The position numbers and the translations under genes are program-made. Below are positions 34,082-43,983 of a stretch of DNA of 64,000 nucleotides, piece by piece (position 1 is the first letter of the stretch; each line of letters opens with the position of its first letter). Source of the DNA: Acidobacteriota bacterium (GTDB taxonomy: Bacteria > Acidobacteriota > Thermoanaerobaculia > Gp7-AA8); NCBI GenBank assembly GCA_019244185.1, contig JAFATB010000006.1:256001-320000 (forward strand), given 5' to 3'. The notes beneath the pieces are model-generated. The model worked only from the letters and a program-made list of their open reading frames with translations. It had not been told where the DNA came from and did not search any database.

Positions 34082-34636
34082 TCATGACGGACTGAGCGCG
34101 CGGCGGAGCCACGCGCGCGCCATGGCCCAGTCGCGACTGACTGTCGCGGGCGAGATCGCGAGCGCCGCGGCGGTTTCGTCGAGCGTGAGCCCGCCGTAGA
34201 AACGCAGTTCGACGATCTTCGCCTGCTGCGGAAAGATGGCCGCGAGCTGGTCGAGCGCGGTGTCGAGATCGACGATGTCGAAGTCCTCGCCGGCCGCGAC
34301 GTCGAGCGCGACGCCGAGGGTGACGGGGATGAGATTGCCGCCGCGCTTCTCGCTCTTGCGGCGGCGCGCGTAGTCGACGAGGATGCGCCGCATCACCTGC
34401 GCGGCCACCGCGAAAAAGTGCGCGCGGTCGCGCCAGTCGACGCTGCGCTGATCGACGAGGCGCAGATACAGCTCGTGCACGAGCGCGGTCGGCTGCAGCG
34501 TGTGGCCGCCGCGTTCGTGCTGCAGGTGCCGCGCGGCGATCGAGCGCAGCGGACCATACACGAGACCCAGGAGGGCATCGCGCGCCGCGGCGTTGCCGTC
34601 GCTCCACTCGCGCAGGAGTTGCGTCACCTCGGACAT
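34082..34636 (-). CDS. ECF-type RNA polymerase sigma factor (TIGR02999 / kinase-associated type)
   Basis: EVTQLL..WSDG, HTLQPTALVHE.YLRL, RAHFFAVAAQVMRRILVDYAR and VELRFYGGLT...RDW..ARAWL. Confidence 0.92.
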   Translation of the reverse strand: MSEVTQLLREWSDGNAAARDALLGLVYGPLRSIAARHLQHERGGHTLQPTALVHELYLRLVDQRSVDWRDRAHFFAVAAQVMRRILVDYARRRKSEKRGGNLIPVTLGVALDVAAGEDFDIVDLDTALDQLAAIFPQQAKIVELRFYGGLTLDETAAALAISPATVSRDWAMARAWLRRALSPS

Positions 34637-34698
34637 GACCGGAACTCCCCCGATTGTACCCGTGAGGGGATTTCTCCGCCGTTTGCGCGTTTGTGAAC

Positions 34699-37644
34699 AT
34701 GACGAAGCTACGTCCCGTCCTGCTCCTGCTCTGCCTCGCGTTCCCGACCTTCCTCTTCGCCCAGTCGGCCGATCAGGAAGTCGTCTCCGTCGTCGACGCG
34801 CCCGATCCGGTCGCACCCGGAGGCACCGTGACGTACACCGTCACGCTGCGCAACAACGGGCCCGATGCCGCGACCAACGGCGGCATCAATGGCAGTCTGC
34901 CGTTGCAGTTGAGCAACTTCACGTACGCGCCGCCGGCCGGCTTCAGTTGCGGGGCGTTCGGCAACAGCATCAGCTGCACGACGCCGTCGTTCGCGGCGGG
35001 AACGACCGTCGTCATCGGCGTGACCGGGACCGTCGACGCATCGATGGCGAACTTCCCCGACACCTCGTTCTCGGCGACCTTTTCCCCGTCCGGCACGACG
35101 CCCGATCCGAACAACAGCAACAACTCGAAATCGGCGACGACGAATGTCGACTCGCCGCAGGTCGACGTCGGCATCTCCGTGACCGATTCGCCCGATCCGG
35201 TCATGCAGAACAACAACGTCACCTACACCGCCACCGTCACCAACAGTGGGCCCGACGCCGCCACCAACGTGAACTTCAACGTGTTCAACTCGAGTGGCCT
35301 CAAGTTCGTGTCGGGGACGCAGCCCGCCGGCTGGACCTGCGCGTTCCCGCCTGCCGGCGGGACGCCGAGCTTCAGCTGCTCGCGTGCTTCGTTCCCCGGT
35401 GGCGCGACCTCGCAGTTCGACGTCGTCCTCAATTTCGATCGGAACGTTCTCGGGCCCTTCGACGGCACGTACACCGTGGCCTTCGGCGCCGGCGGCACGG
35501 GCAACGACACGAACCCAGGCAACAACAACGAGAACGAGACCACGCAGTACGTGACGCCCGACTCCGACATGGCCATCACCTCGGCCACCGACTCGCCCGA
35601 TCCCGTCACGCCCGACGGCGACATCACGTACACCGTCACCGTCGCGAACAACGGTCCCGACCCGGCCACGAACGCGGCGTTCAGCGTGCCGATGAACAAC
35701 ACGCTGAAGTTCCGCTCCGTCACGACGCCCGCGGGCTGGACCTGCAATGCGCCGCCGGTGGGGACCGGCCCCGGCTTCGACTGCCACAACCCGTCGTTCG
35801 CCGTCGGCTCGAGCGTCTTCACCGTCGTGCTGCGCGCCGACTCGAATGCGTTCGGCCCCTTCGACCAGACGATCAACCAGGGCTTCGTCGCCAGCAGCGA
35901 CAACACCGATCCGAACAACGGCAACAACACGACGACCGTGTCGACGCAGTACACGACCGCGGATTCCGACATGGGCGTGAGCGCGAGCGACTCGCCCGAT
36001 CCGGTCATGCGCAACGGCGACATCACCTACACCGTCACGGTCACGAACGGCGGACCCGACGCGGCCACGAACGCCGCGCTGAGCGTGCCGATGAACAACA
36101 CGCTGAAGTTCCAGTCGATCACCGTGCCGTCGGGCTGGAACTGCCCGGCCACGCCGGTCGGCAGCGGCGCCGGCTTCACGTGCACGAACCCGTCGTTCGC
36201 GAACGGCGCCAACTCGGTGTTCACCATCGTCCTGCGCGCGGACGAAAACGCGTTCGGCAACTTCGATCAGACCATCACGCAGAACTTCAACGTCGGCAGC
36301 AACAACTCCGATCCGAACAACGCGAACAACTCGGTCAACGTCACGACGCAGATGGACGTCGCCGACGCCGACCTCTCCGTCACCGCCACCGACGCGCCCG
36401 ACCCGGTGCTCCCCGGCAGCAACATCACGTACACCGGCAGCGTCGCCAACGGCGGGCCTGATGCGGCGACGACCGTCTCGCTGAACATCCCGCTCTCGCC
36501 GAACGTCACGTTCGTCTCGATGACCGGCCCCGCGGGCTTCAGCTGCACGACGCCCGCGGTCGGCGCGAATGGCAACATCGTCTGCACGAATGCGTCGCTG
36601 GCCAATGGCGCGAACCTGCCGTTCACGCTCGTGACGCAAGTCAACGCCGCGCTCGAGCACGGTCCCGACGGCGTCATCCAGCAGGGCTTCACGATCTCGT
36701 CGGCGGACACGCACGATCCCGACGTGCCCGACAACTCGCTGACGGTCAACACCGCCTACGACGCGACGCAGTCCGACCTCGGCATCACCACCACCGGCAG
36801 CCCGAATCCCGCGAACAACGGCGATACCGTGACGTACACCTCGACGCTCACGAACGCCGGACCCGACGCGGCGTCGAACGTCGTCTACACGCTCACGCTG
36901 CCGGCGAACACCGGCTTCGGCTCCGTCACGCCGCCGGCCGGCTTCCTCTGCACCACGCCCGCCGTCGGCGCGAGCGGCGTCATCACCTGCACCGCGACGA
37001 CGTTCCCGAATGGCGGCACCGGCACGTTCATCATCACCGCGACGGTGACCGGCACGTCCGGCACGATCACGGCGCCCGCCACGATCACGACGGACACGTA
37101 CGATCCCAACGCGTCGAACAACACGACGTCGACGAACACCACGATCGCTGCTCCGACGTCCGCCGATCTCTCGGTGACGAAGACGACGAACGCGTCGACG
37201 GTCGCCGCCGGCTCGCAGGTGACGTACACGATCGGCGTGCACAACGCCGGACCCGACGCGGCGTCGAACGTCGTCATGACGGACGTGCTGCCGGCGTCAC
37301 TGCATTTCGTCTCGATCACGCAGCCGTCCGGCTTCAGCTGCACGACTCCCGCGGTCGGCGCGAGCGGCACGATCACGTGCACCGCCGCGACGCTCGCCAG
37401 CGGCGTGACGCGCACGTTCACGCTGACGGTCGCCGTCGCCGCCGACGCCACCGGCTCGATCGCGAACAGCGCCTCCGTCGCGAGCGACACGTCCGATCCG
37501 ACCGGCGGCAACGACTCCGTCGCCGCGCCGGTCGTGCCGGTCGTTCCCGCTGCAGCAACGACGGCCGTGCCGACGCTCTCGCAGTGGGCGCTGCTGATGC
37601 TCGCCGCGCTGCTCGCGGTGGTCGCGCTGCGGCGCGGGTTGTAA
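34699..37644 (+). CDS. Surface protein with 7 DUF11-like Ig repeats and an IPTL-CTERM sorting signal
   Basis: Signal peptide; repeated DSPDPV...ITYTVTVTNxGPDAATN...DP...NN; C-terminus VPTLSQWALLMLAALLAVVALRR. Confidence 0.9.
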   Translation: MTKLRPVLLLLCLAFPTFLFAQSADQEVVSVVDAPDPVAPGGTVTYTVTLRNNGPDAATNGGINGSLPLQLSNFTYAPPAGFSCGAFGNSISCTTPSFAAGTTVVIGVTGTVDASMANFPDTSFSATFSPSGTTPDPNNSNNSKSATTNVDSPQVDVGISVTDSPDPVMQNNNVTYTATVTNSGPDAATNVNFNVFNSSGLKFVSGTQPAGWTCAFPPAGGTPSFSCSRASFPGGATSQFDVVLNFDRNVLGPFDGTYTVAFGAGGTGNDTNPGNNNENETTQYVTPDSDMAITSATDSPDPVTPDGDITYTVTVANNGPDPATNAAFSVPMNNTLKFRSVTTPAGWTCNAPPVGTGPGFDCHNPSFAVGSSVFTVVLRADSNAFGPFDQTINQGFVASSDNTDPNNGNNTTTVSTQYTTADSDMGVSASDSPDPVMRNGDITYTVTVTNGGPDAATNAALSVPMNNTLKFQSITVPSGWNCPATPVGSGAGFTCTNPSFANGANSVFTIVLRADENAFGNFDQTITQNFNVGSNNSDPNNANNSVNVTTQMDVADADLSVTATDAPDPVLPGSNITYTGSVANGGPDAATTVSLNIPLSPNVTFVSMTGPAGFSCTTPAVGANGNIVCTNASLANGANLPFTLVTQVNAALEHGPDGVIQQGFTISSADTHDPDVPDNSLTVNTAYDATQSDLGITTTGSPNPANNGDTVTYTSTLTNAGPDAASNVVYTLTLPANTGFGSVTPPAGFLCTTPAVGASGVITCTATTFPNGGTGTFIITATVTGTSGTITAPATITTDTYDPNASNNTTSTNTTIAAPTSADLSVTKTTNASTVAAGSQVTYTIGVHNAGPDAASNVVMTDVLPASLHFVSITQPSGFSCTTPAVGASGTITCTAATLASGVTRTFTLTVAVAADATGSIANSASVASDTSDPTGGNDSVAAPVVPVVPAAATTAVPTLSQWALLMLAALLAVVALRRGL

Positions 37645-37689
37645 GAGGGAAGAGAGAGACGAGGAAGTGCGGCGTGGCGCGCGAATGCG

Positions 37690-38886
37690 CTACGCCGCGC
37701 TCTCCAACACCCCGAACTGCGCCGCCACCTCGACGATCGCGGCGATGGCGCGGTCGAGGTGCTCGCGGGTGTGCGCGGCGCTGATCTGACAGCGCAGGCG
37801 CGCGGCGCCCTGCGGCACGACCGGGAAGCCGAAGCCGGACACGTACACGCCGCGCGTCAGCAGTTCCTTCGACATCGCGATCGCTTTCGCGGTGTCGCCG
37901 ATGAGGATCGGCACGATCGGGTGAATGCCCTCGCGCACGCGCACGCCTTTCGCGGTGAGCTGCGCGCGAAAGTACGCGGTGTTCTCGCGCAGGCGTCCGA
38001 CGAAGCTCGGATCCTTGTCGACGAGATCGATCGCCGCGAGCGATCCGAGGACCACCGCGGGCGGCAGCGTGTTCGAGAAGAGATACGGCCGCGACTTCTG
38101 CCGCAGATATTCGACGAGTACGTTCGGCCCCGTCGTGAAGCCGCCGTGCGAGCCGCCGAGCGCCTTGCCGAGCGTCGACGTATACGCGTCGATCTTTCCG
38201 AACACGCCGAGCTCCTCGGGTGTCCCGCGGCCGGTCGCGCCGAGGACGCCGGTGCCGTGCGACTCGTCGACGACGAGGAACGCGCCGTACTCGCGCGTCA
38301 GCTCGATCATCTCCGGCAGCGGCGCGAGCGAGCCTTCCATCGAGAAGACGCCGTCGGTCATCACGACCTTGTTGCGCGTGTCCTTCGTCGCTTCCAGCGC
38401 GCGGCGCAGATCGCCCATGTCGCGATTCTTGAAGCGCTCCTTGCGCGCCTTCGACAAACGAATGCCGTCGATGATCGACGCGTGATTCAGCTCGTCGGAA
38501 ACGATCGCGTCCTGTTCGAGCGCGACGGTCTGAAACAAACCTTCATTCGCATTCCAGCACGAGCCGTACAGGATCGTGTCCTCGGTACCGAAGAACTCCG
38601 CGATGCGCTCCTCGAGCTGGCGGTGAATGGTCTGCGTGCCGCAGATGAAGCGCACCGACGCGAGGCCGTAGCCGAAGTCGCGTTCGGCCTTCTCCGCCGC
38701 TTCGACGATGGCGGGATGATCGGCGAGGCCGAGGTAATTGTTCGAGGTGAGCATGATCACTTCGCCCAGGCCTTCGATCTCGACGAGAGGACCCTGCGCG
38801 GATTTCAGCGGCAGCTCGCGCTTGAGCGTGCCGGCGGAAGACATCGATTCGAGCTCGGCGGAAAGAGTGGAGAGCAGCGTATTCAT
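37690..38886 (-). CDS. kbl: Glycine C-acetyltransferase (2-amino-3-ketobutyrate CoA ligase)
   Basis: SNNYLGLA, SVRFICGTQ, SDELNHASIIDG, DGVFSMEG, TLGKALGG and LRQKSRPYLFSN. Confidence 0.9.
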   Translation of the reverse strand: MNTLLSTLSAELESMSSAGTLKRELPLKSAQGPLVEIEGLGEVIMLTSNNYLGLADHPAIVEAAEKAERDFGYGLASVRFICGTQTIHRQLEERIAEFFGTEDTILYGSCWNANEGLFQTVALEQDAIVSDELNHASIIDGIRLSKARKERFKNRDMGDLRRALEATKDTRNKVVMTDGVFSMEGSLAPLPEMIELTREYGAFLVVDESHGTGVLGATGRGTPEELGVFGKIDAYTSTLGKALGGSHGGFTTGPNVLVEYLRQKSRPYLFSNTLPPAVVLGSLAAIDLVDKDPSFVGRLRENTAYFRAQLTAKGVRVREGIHPIVPILIGDTAKAIAMSKELLTRGVYVSGFGFPVVPQGAARLRCQISAAHTREHLDRAIAAIVEVAAQFGVLESAA

Positions 38887-39515
38887 TCGTTGTCGTATTT
38901 GAGGTCGCGGCGGAAACATCGCTGGCCGTCCATGTCGAAGACGACGCAGGAGTCGATGGGGCGCGAGTAGACGTGCATGCTCACCGCGCGCTCGTTCCAT
39001 TCGGGACGATTGATGATGCGGTGGATGGTCTGCGTCTTGTCGACGGTATTGAGCGGCCCGCCCGGCACCGCGTACTCGTCGCCGAGGTGCTCCATCTCGA
39101 TGCGCGTCGCGCCGGCGAGACAGTCGAGGCCGACGACCTGCTGGTTCTCCGGCTTGTCGCACGCGACCTTGCGATAGTTCTCGACGAGAAGCTTGCCTTC
39201 GAGCATCGTCATCCAGCCGAGCTGCCCGTTGTGCGTGTGCAGCGGCGTGATCGCGCCGATCGGCCAGCAGATCAGCATCACCTCGATCATGTCGTTGCGG
39301 AAGATCTTGTTGCGCGTGTGCCGGTCCGGCAGCCACTGCTTGTACTGTTCGAGCTCCTCGCTCCGGATCTCGTACGCGACGAGATAGTCGTAGATTCTCT
39401 GCTTGGTGATGAGCCCCTCGGACAGCGCGCGGATGCCGTCGACGAACTCCTGCGCGGGGATCGGCGTCGGAGCGTAGATCGTCTGCGGCGTGGCGGTGAG
39501 ATTCTGCATGTCCAT
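38883..39515 (-). CDS. Cysteine dioxygenase family (thiol dioxygenase) cupin
   Basis: RNKIF, CW.....TPLHTH, HRI and SMHVYS (3-His site plus S-H-Y motif); the stop overlaps the kbl ATG. Confidence 0.82.
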   Translation of the reverse strand: MDMQNLTATPQTIYAPTPIPAQEFVDGIRALSEGLITKQRIYDYLVAYEIRSEELEQYKQWLPDRHTRNKIFRNDMIEVMLICWPIGAITPLHTHNGQLGWMTMLEGKLLVENYRKVACDKPENQQVVGLDCLAGATRIEMEHLGDEYAVPGGPLNTVDKTQTIHRIINRPEWNERAVSMHVYSRPIDSCVVFDMDGQRCFRRDLKYDNE

Positions 39516-39610
39516 CGGGCCTCCGAATCGACCTGACTATACCGCCGAGCGAGCAAGTTTTACACCCGCGATTCGTGCTAGTCTCCGCGCCGTCCGGAGT
39601 GAGCAGAGCG

Positions 39611-40885
39611 ATGCAGAACGTGGCCGTGGTCGGCGCGCAGTGGGGCGACGAGGGAAAAGGAAAGATCGTCGATCTCCTCTGCGAGAACTTCGACGTCGTC
39701 GCCCGCTACCAGGGCGGCCACAACGCCGGCCACACCGTGAAGTTCGGCGAGCACCATTACACGCTGCAGCTGATCCCGAGCGGCATCCTCCATCCCGACA
39801 AGCTCTGCCTCCTCGGCAACGGCATGGTCATCGATCCCGCCGCGCTGCTCGCCGAAATCGCGAGGCTGCGCGACCTCGGCGTCGTCATCGGCGACAACCT
39901 CAAGATCAGCGACTCCGCGCACATCATCCTGCCGTATCACCGCGCGCTCGACGTCGCCCGTGAAGAGTTCGCCGGCGAGCAGAAGATCGGCACGACCGGC
40001 CGCGGCATCGGCCCCGCGTACGAGACGAAGGTCAGCCGCTACGGCATCCGCGTGGCCGACCTCGTCGACGCGGACGTGCTGCGCGAGAAGATCGAGTTCG
40101 CCTGCGCGGAGAAGAATCCCGTGCTGTCCGGCGTCTACGGCAAAGAGCAGTTCGATCCGAAGCAACTCTTCGACGATTACCTCCGCTACGGCGAGATCCT
40201 CAGCGAGCGGATCACCAGCGGAACCGTCTTTCTCAACGAGCAGATCCGCGCCGGCAAGTCGGTGATGTTCGAAGGCGCGCAGGCGACGATGCTCGACATC
40301 GACCACGGCACCTACCCGTACGTCACGAGCTCGAACTGTTCCGTCGGCGGCGTCTGCACCGGCCTCGGCGTCGCGCCGAAGCACATCCATCACGTCATCG
40401 GCGTGGTGAAGGCGTACACGACGCGCGTCGGCGGCGGCGCGTTCCCGACCGAGCTCCACGACGCGCACGGCGAGCATCTCCGCACGCGCGGCAACGAATA
40501 CGGCACGGTCACCGGCCGCTCGCGCCGCACCGGCTGGCTCGACCTCGCGGTGCTGCGCACGGCGTCGATGATCAACGGCCTCGACGCCATCGCGCTGACG
40601 AAGCTCGACGTCCTCGACGAGTTCGACGAGATCCCCGTCTGCACCGCGTACAAAGTGCGCGGCAAGACGTGGAGCACCTTCCCCGCGTTCGCCGTCGCGC
40701 ATCACGACTACCAGCCCGAATACCGCACGTTCAAAGGCTGGAAGACGTCGACGGTCGGCATCACGTCGTTCGACGAGCTGCCGCAGGAAGCGAAGGATTA
40801 CGTCCGCTTCATCGAGGACGAGACCGAAACGCGCGCGTCGATCATTTCGACGGGACCGCGGCGGGAAGAGACGATCCTTCGCTGA
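39611..40885 (+). CDS. purA: Adenylosuccinate synthetase
   Basis: GAQWGDEGKGK, GGHNAGHT, IGTTGRGIGPAY, DIDHGTYPYVTSS and EYGTVTGR.RR.GWLD. Confidence 0.97.
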   Translation: MQNVAVVGAQWGDEGKGKIVDLLCENFDVVARYQGGHNAGHTVKFGEHHYTLQLIPSGILHPDKLCLLGNGMVIDPAALLAEIARLRDLGVVIGDNLKISDSAHIILPYHRALDVAREEFAGEQKIGTTGRGIGPAYETKVSRYGIRVADLVDADVLREKIEFACAEKNPVLSGVYGKEQFDPKQLFDDYLRYGEILSERITSGTVFLNEQIRAGKSVMFEGAQATMLDIDHGTYPYVTSSNCSVGGVCTGLGVAPKHIHHVIGVVKAYTTRVGGGAFPTELHDAHGEHLRTRGNEYGTVTGRSRRTGWLDLAVLRTASMINGLDAIALTKLDVLDEFDEIPVCTAYKVRGKTWSTFPAFAVAHHDYQPEYRTFKGWKTSTVGITSFDELPQEAKDYVRFIEDETETRASIISTGPRREETILR

Positions 40886-41228
40886 CGGGCCAGACCTCGA
40901 CGAACTCCACCTTGGCCAGCGCGTTCATCTCCTTCCACTGCGCGAGGATCTCGTCCGGCGCGTTGTCCGGAATCGACGCGCTGCGCCACGTGATGACTTC
41001 GAGCACGTAGCCGTCGCCGCGCCAGATGAGCGGCGTCGTGTCGGTGATGACGTCGAGGCGCTTCATCGTCTTCCACGCGCGCTGCACGACCTCGACGAGC
41101 TTCGCCTCGTCGCCCGGTGACTTCAGCGTGAAGCGCGTGAACACGGTTTCGGGCGGCGCGGCGGCGGTTGCAGCGTTGGCGTTCGGCGTGGCCACGGCGG
41201 CGGCGAAGAGCAGAGCGGCGAGCATCAT
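40842..41228 (-). CDS. Small secreted hypothetical protein (possible ABM/dimeric alpha-beta barrel)
   Basis: Signal peptide MMLAALLFAAAVA, then FTLKSPG.EA.L...VLEVITWRS; its 3' end overlaps purA by 44 nt. Confidence 0.6.
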   Translation of the reverse strand: MMLAALLFAAAVATPNANAATAAAPPETVFTRFTLKSPGDEAKLVEVVQRAWKTMKRLDVITDTTPLIWRGDGYVLEVITWRSASIPDNAPDEILAQWKEMNALAKVEFVEVWPVSEGSSLPAAVPSK

Positions 41229-41303
41229 GAGCGTTTCCTCCGGACCTGACGGTACGCGCCGCCGCGGGTTGCGCGCTTCTCGAATCCTGCGAATCGCGCG
41301 GCG

Positions 41304-42029
41304 TTACGCGAGGTACGCGGTCTGGCCGACGGAAATCGCGCCCGCGCGGAGCACGGTCGCGTACACGCCGGCGTAGTTGCCGTTCATCCGCACGACGGCC
41401 TTCATCACGCGCGGGTCCTGCTGGCCGCTGTCGGGATCCATGTTCATCATCGCGCAGCGCTCGTCGCGCATGGTGATGCCGATCGCCGGCGCGCCCGCGT
41501 CGTCGCCGAAGACGATCGTCGCGCCGACCCAGTCGTCTTCGCCGAACGCCCCAAGGCCTTCCGTCTCGAGCAGCACGTTCGCGCGCATGCACCGGCGATC
41601 GAGCTCGAGTCCCGCCTCGCGGCCGATCGCCGCGATCGTCGTAGTGCCGATGAGCGACACGACTCCGTCATCGAAGATCCCGTGTCTCAACATCATGAGC
41701 TCGACGTCGTGTCCCGACCGCTGCGCGATCTCGTCGCGAAGCTCGTCGCTGCGCAGCGCGAGCTCGGCGCCGGACGGCGTGCGCACGTGCGTCGGCAGCG
41801 GTTCGGCGGCGCTTTCGACGTTCCCAAACGGCTGATACGTGAGCAGCGCGGGAAACTTTCCCGCGGTGAGAAACGGGAAGCCGCTCGGATCACCGACGCG
41901 CCGGAACGCGAACCTGCGATCGCCCGCGATGCCGTGCAATCCGAGGTGCGCGGACGGCAGCGGAGTGCCGGCCATCGACTTCACGGGGTAGCGTACAAGT
42001 TCGGCGACGCGGCCAATCCGTCTCATCAC
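41304..42029 (-). CDS. MOSC domain protein
   Basis: RYPVKSM, GDRRFA, R.RAN, EDDWVG, RCAM and G.ISVG. Confidence 0.9.
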   Translation of the reverse strand: MMRRIGRVAELVRYPVKSMAGTPLPSAHLGLHGIAGDRRFAFRRVGDPSGFPFLTAGKFPALLTYQPFGNVESAAEPLPTHVRTPSGAELALRSDELRDEIAQRSGHDVELMMLRHGIFDDGVVSLIGTTTIAAIGREAGLELDRRCMRANVLLETEGLGAFGEDDWVGATIVFGDDAGAPAIGITMRDERCAMMNMDPDSGQQDPRVMKAVVRMNGNYAGVYATVLRAGAISVGQTAYLA

Positions 42030-42060
42030 GATCTTCTACGACGCTCGCGCGCGAAGCGTC

Positions 42061-43938
42061 CTACTTCAGCGTGTCGTCGACGGCCGACTGCGTCACCGGG
42101 TGGTAGCTCGCGCGCGCCTTCGCGTACACCTCTTTCGCGAACGCACGATCCTCGGCGTGCGACCACAGCGCCGCGTACAGCGGCTTCACGAACTTCCGTC
42201 GTCCCTGCGACGTGAGAAAGCGCTCGATGGCCGGGTACGCGGTCTTGTAGCGATCCTCGACGGACTTCATCAGCCACGCGAACAGCACCTCGCTGTTGCC
42301 GCTGTCGGTGAAGTGAAAGCGCGCGTCGAGCTCGCCCATGCGCGCGGGCGTGAGCGACGGCAACGACTCGACGAAATGCTGGCGCTCGTGCGACGACCAC
42401 TTCGTCATGTCGATCGCCGACGCCGGCCCGCCGCTCGCGAACTGCTTCGCCGCCGCCTCGACCTTCGCGAACGCTTCCGAATGCGGCTGCGGACAGTTCG
42501 CCGGCAGTCCGGGGCCGTAAATCCACTCCTCCACTTTGACCTGCTGCACGACGTCGGGGAGGCCTTGCTTCAGCGCATCGATGAAACGCGTGGTCGTCAT
42601 CGACTGAAACGCGTGCGCGTCGAAGTAGCCGCGCAGGAACTGATCCCAGCGCGCGCGTCCCGCCTTCTCCTCGAGCAGGCGCAGGAAGAGCGCGCCTTTC
42701 TCGTACACGAGATCGGGCGCGTCGTCAGGATCGCGTCCGGTGAGATCGAGGTAGAGCGCCTGATCCTTCACCGGCAGCGTGGGCAGCTCTTCTTTGACTT
42801 GCGTGAGGCCGAGGAGCCAGAGCATCTCGGAGTACTCGCGGCCGTACAGCGCCTCGGTGATGCGATGTTCGAAGTACGTCGTGAAGCCTTCGTTGAGCCA
42901 GAAGTCGTTCCACGTCGCGTTCGTGACGAGGTTGCCGCTCCACGAATGCGCGAGCTCGTGCGCGATGAGCGAGACGAGCGACTTGTCGCCCGCGATCACC
43001 GTCGGCGTGAGGAACGTCAGCCGCGGATTCTCCATCCCCCCGTACGGGAAGCTCGGCGGCAGCACGAGCAGGTCGTACCGTCCCCACCGGTACGGTCCGT
43101 ACAACTGCTCCGCCGCGCCGATCATCTTCGGCGTGTCGCTGAACTCGCGCGACGCCGCGTCGATCACCGGCACTTCCGCGTAAACGCCGCTGCGCCCATC
43201 GAACGCGCGGAACGCGAGGTCGCCGACGCCGAGGGCCATCAGATACGACGGCACCGGCTGCGGCATCGTGAAGTGATAGACGCCGTCGGCGGAACGCTGC
43301 GTCACGTTCTCCGCGCTCATGACCGCCATCAGCTCGTGCGGCACGCGGATCGTCGCTTCATAGGTGAAGCGCACCTGCGGCGAGTCCTGCAGCGGCACCC
43401 ACGTGCGCGCGAGGATCGCCTCGGATTGCGAGAGCAGGAACGGCTGCTTCTTCCCCGCCGTCATGGCCGGCTCGAGCCACTGCAACGCGCGCGCGCCGGG
43501 GCTCGACGCGTAGCGGATGACGACGGTGTTCGTGGCCGGCTGCAGCGGGATCGTGAGCTTGCTGCCGAGGATCGGATCGGCCGTCGCGAGCGCGAACTGC
43601 GCGGGCACGTTGCCGGGATTCAGCGCCACGGACTGGATCGCGAGATCGTGCGTGTCGAGCGTCAGCGTCGACGCGTTCGGCCGCGTGCGCTGAATCGTGA
43701 GCGCCGCCGTGCCGGCGAGCTGCTTCTTCGCGAAGTCGACGTCGAGGTCGAGCGCGAGATGCGTCACGCGCACTTCATCGGGACGCGCGTACGAATGTGG
43801 ATCGTGCACGAACGCCGGCGGCGCGGCTGTCTGCGCTGATGACGGCGGCGGCGTCTGCGCGACAGACGGCGCGACCGCGCTCTGCTCTTGCTTGCAGGCG
43901 GCGGCGACGAGCAGAAGTGCGAAGGTCAGTCGCTTCAT
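42061..43938 (-). CDS. M1 family aminopeptidase (leukotriene A4 hydrolase-like), lipoprotein
   Basis: Lipobox AAAC, DPHSYA, GGMENP, HELAHSWSGN...WLNEG, YEKG and GRRKF. Confidence 0.93.
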   Translation of the reverse strand: MKRLTFALLLVAAACKQEQSAVAPSVAQTPPPSSAQTAAPPAFVHDPHSYARPDEVRVTHLALDLDVDFAKKQLAGTAALTIQRTRPNASTLTLDTHDLAIQSVALNPGNVPAQFALATADPILGSKLTIPLQPATNTVVIRYASSPGARALQWLEPAMTAGKKQPFLLSQSEAILARTWVPLQDSPQVRFTYEATIRVPHELMAVMSAENVTQRSADGVYHFTMPQPVPSYLMALGVGDLAFRAFDGRSGVYAEVPVIDAASREFSDTPKMIGAAEQLYGPYRWGRYDLLVLPPSFPYGGMENPRLTFLTPTVIAGDKSLVSLIAHELAHSWSGNLVTNATWNDFWLNEGFTTYFEHRITEALYGREYSEMLWLLGLTQVKEELPTLPVKDQALYLDLTGRDPDDAPDLVYEKGALFLRLLEEKAGRARWDQFLRGYFDAHAFQSMTTTRFIDALKQGLPDVVQQVKVEEWIYGPGLPANCPQPHSEAFAKVEAAAKQFASGGPASAIDMTKWSSHERQHFVESLPSLTPARMGELDARFHFTDSGNSEVLFAWLMKSVEDRYKTAYPAIERFLTSQGRRKFVKPLYAALWSHAEDRAFAKEVYAKARASYHPVTQSAVDDTLK

Positions 43939-43983
43939 GGCGCGGTGAATTTACCGCATACAATCTCCGCGCAGGCAGAAGGA

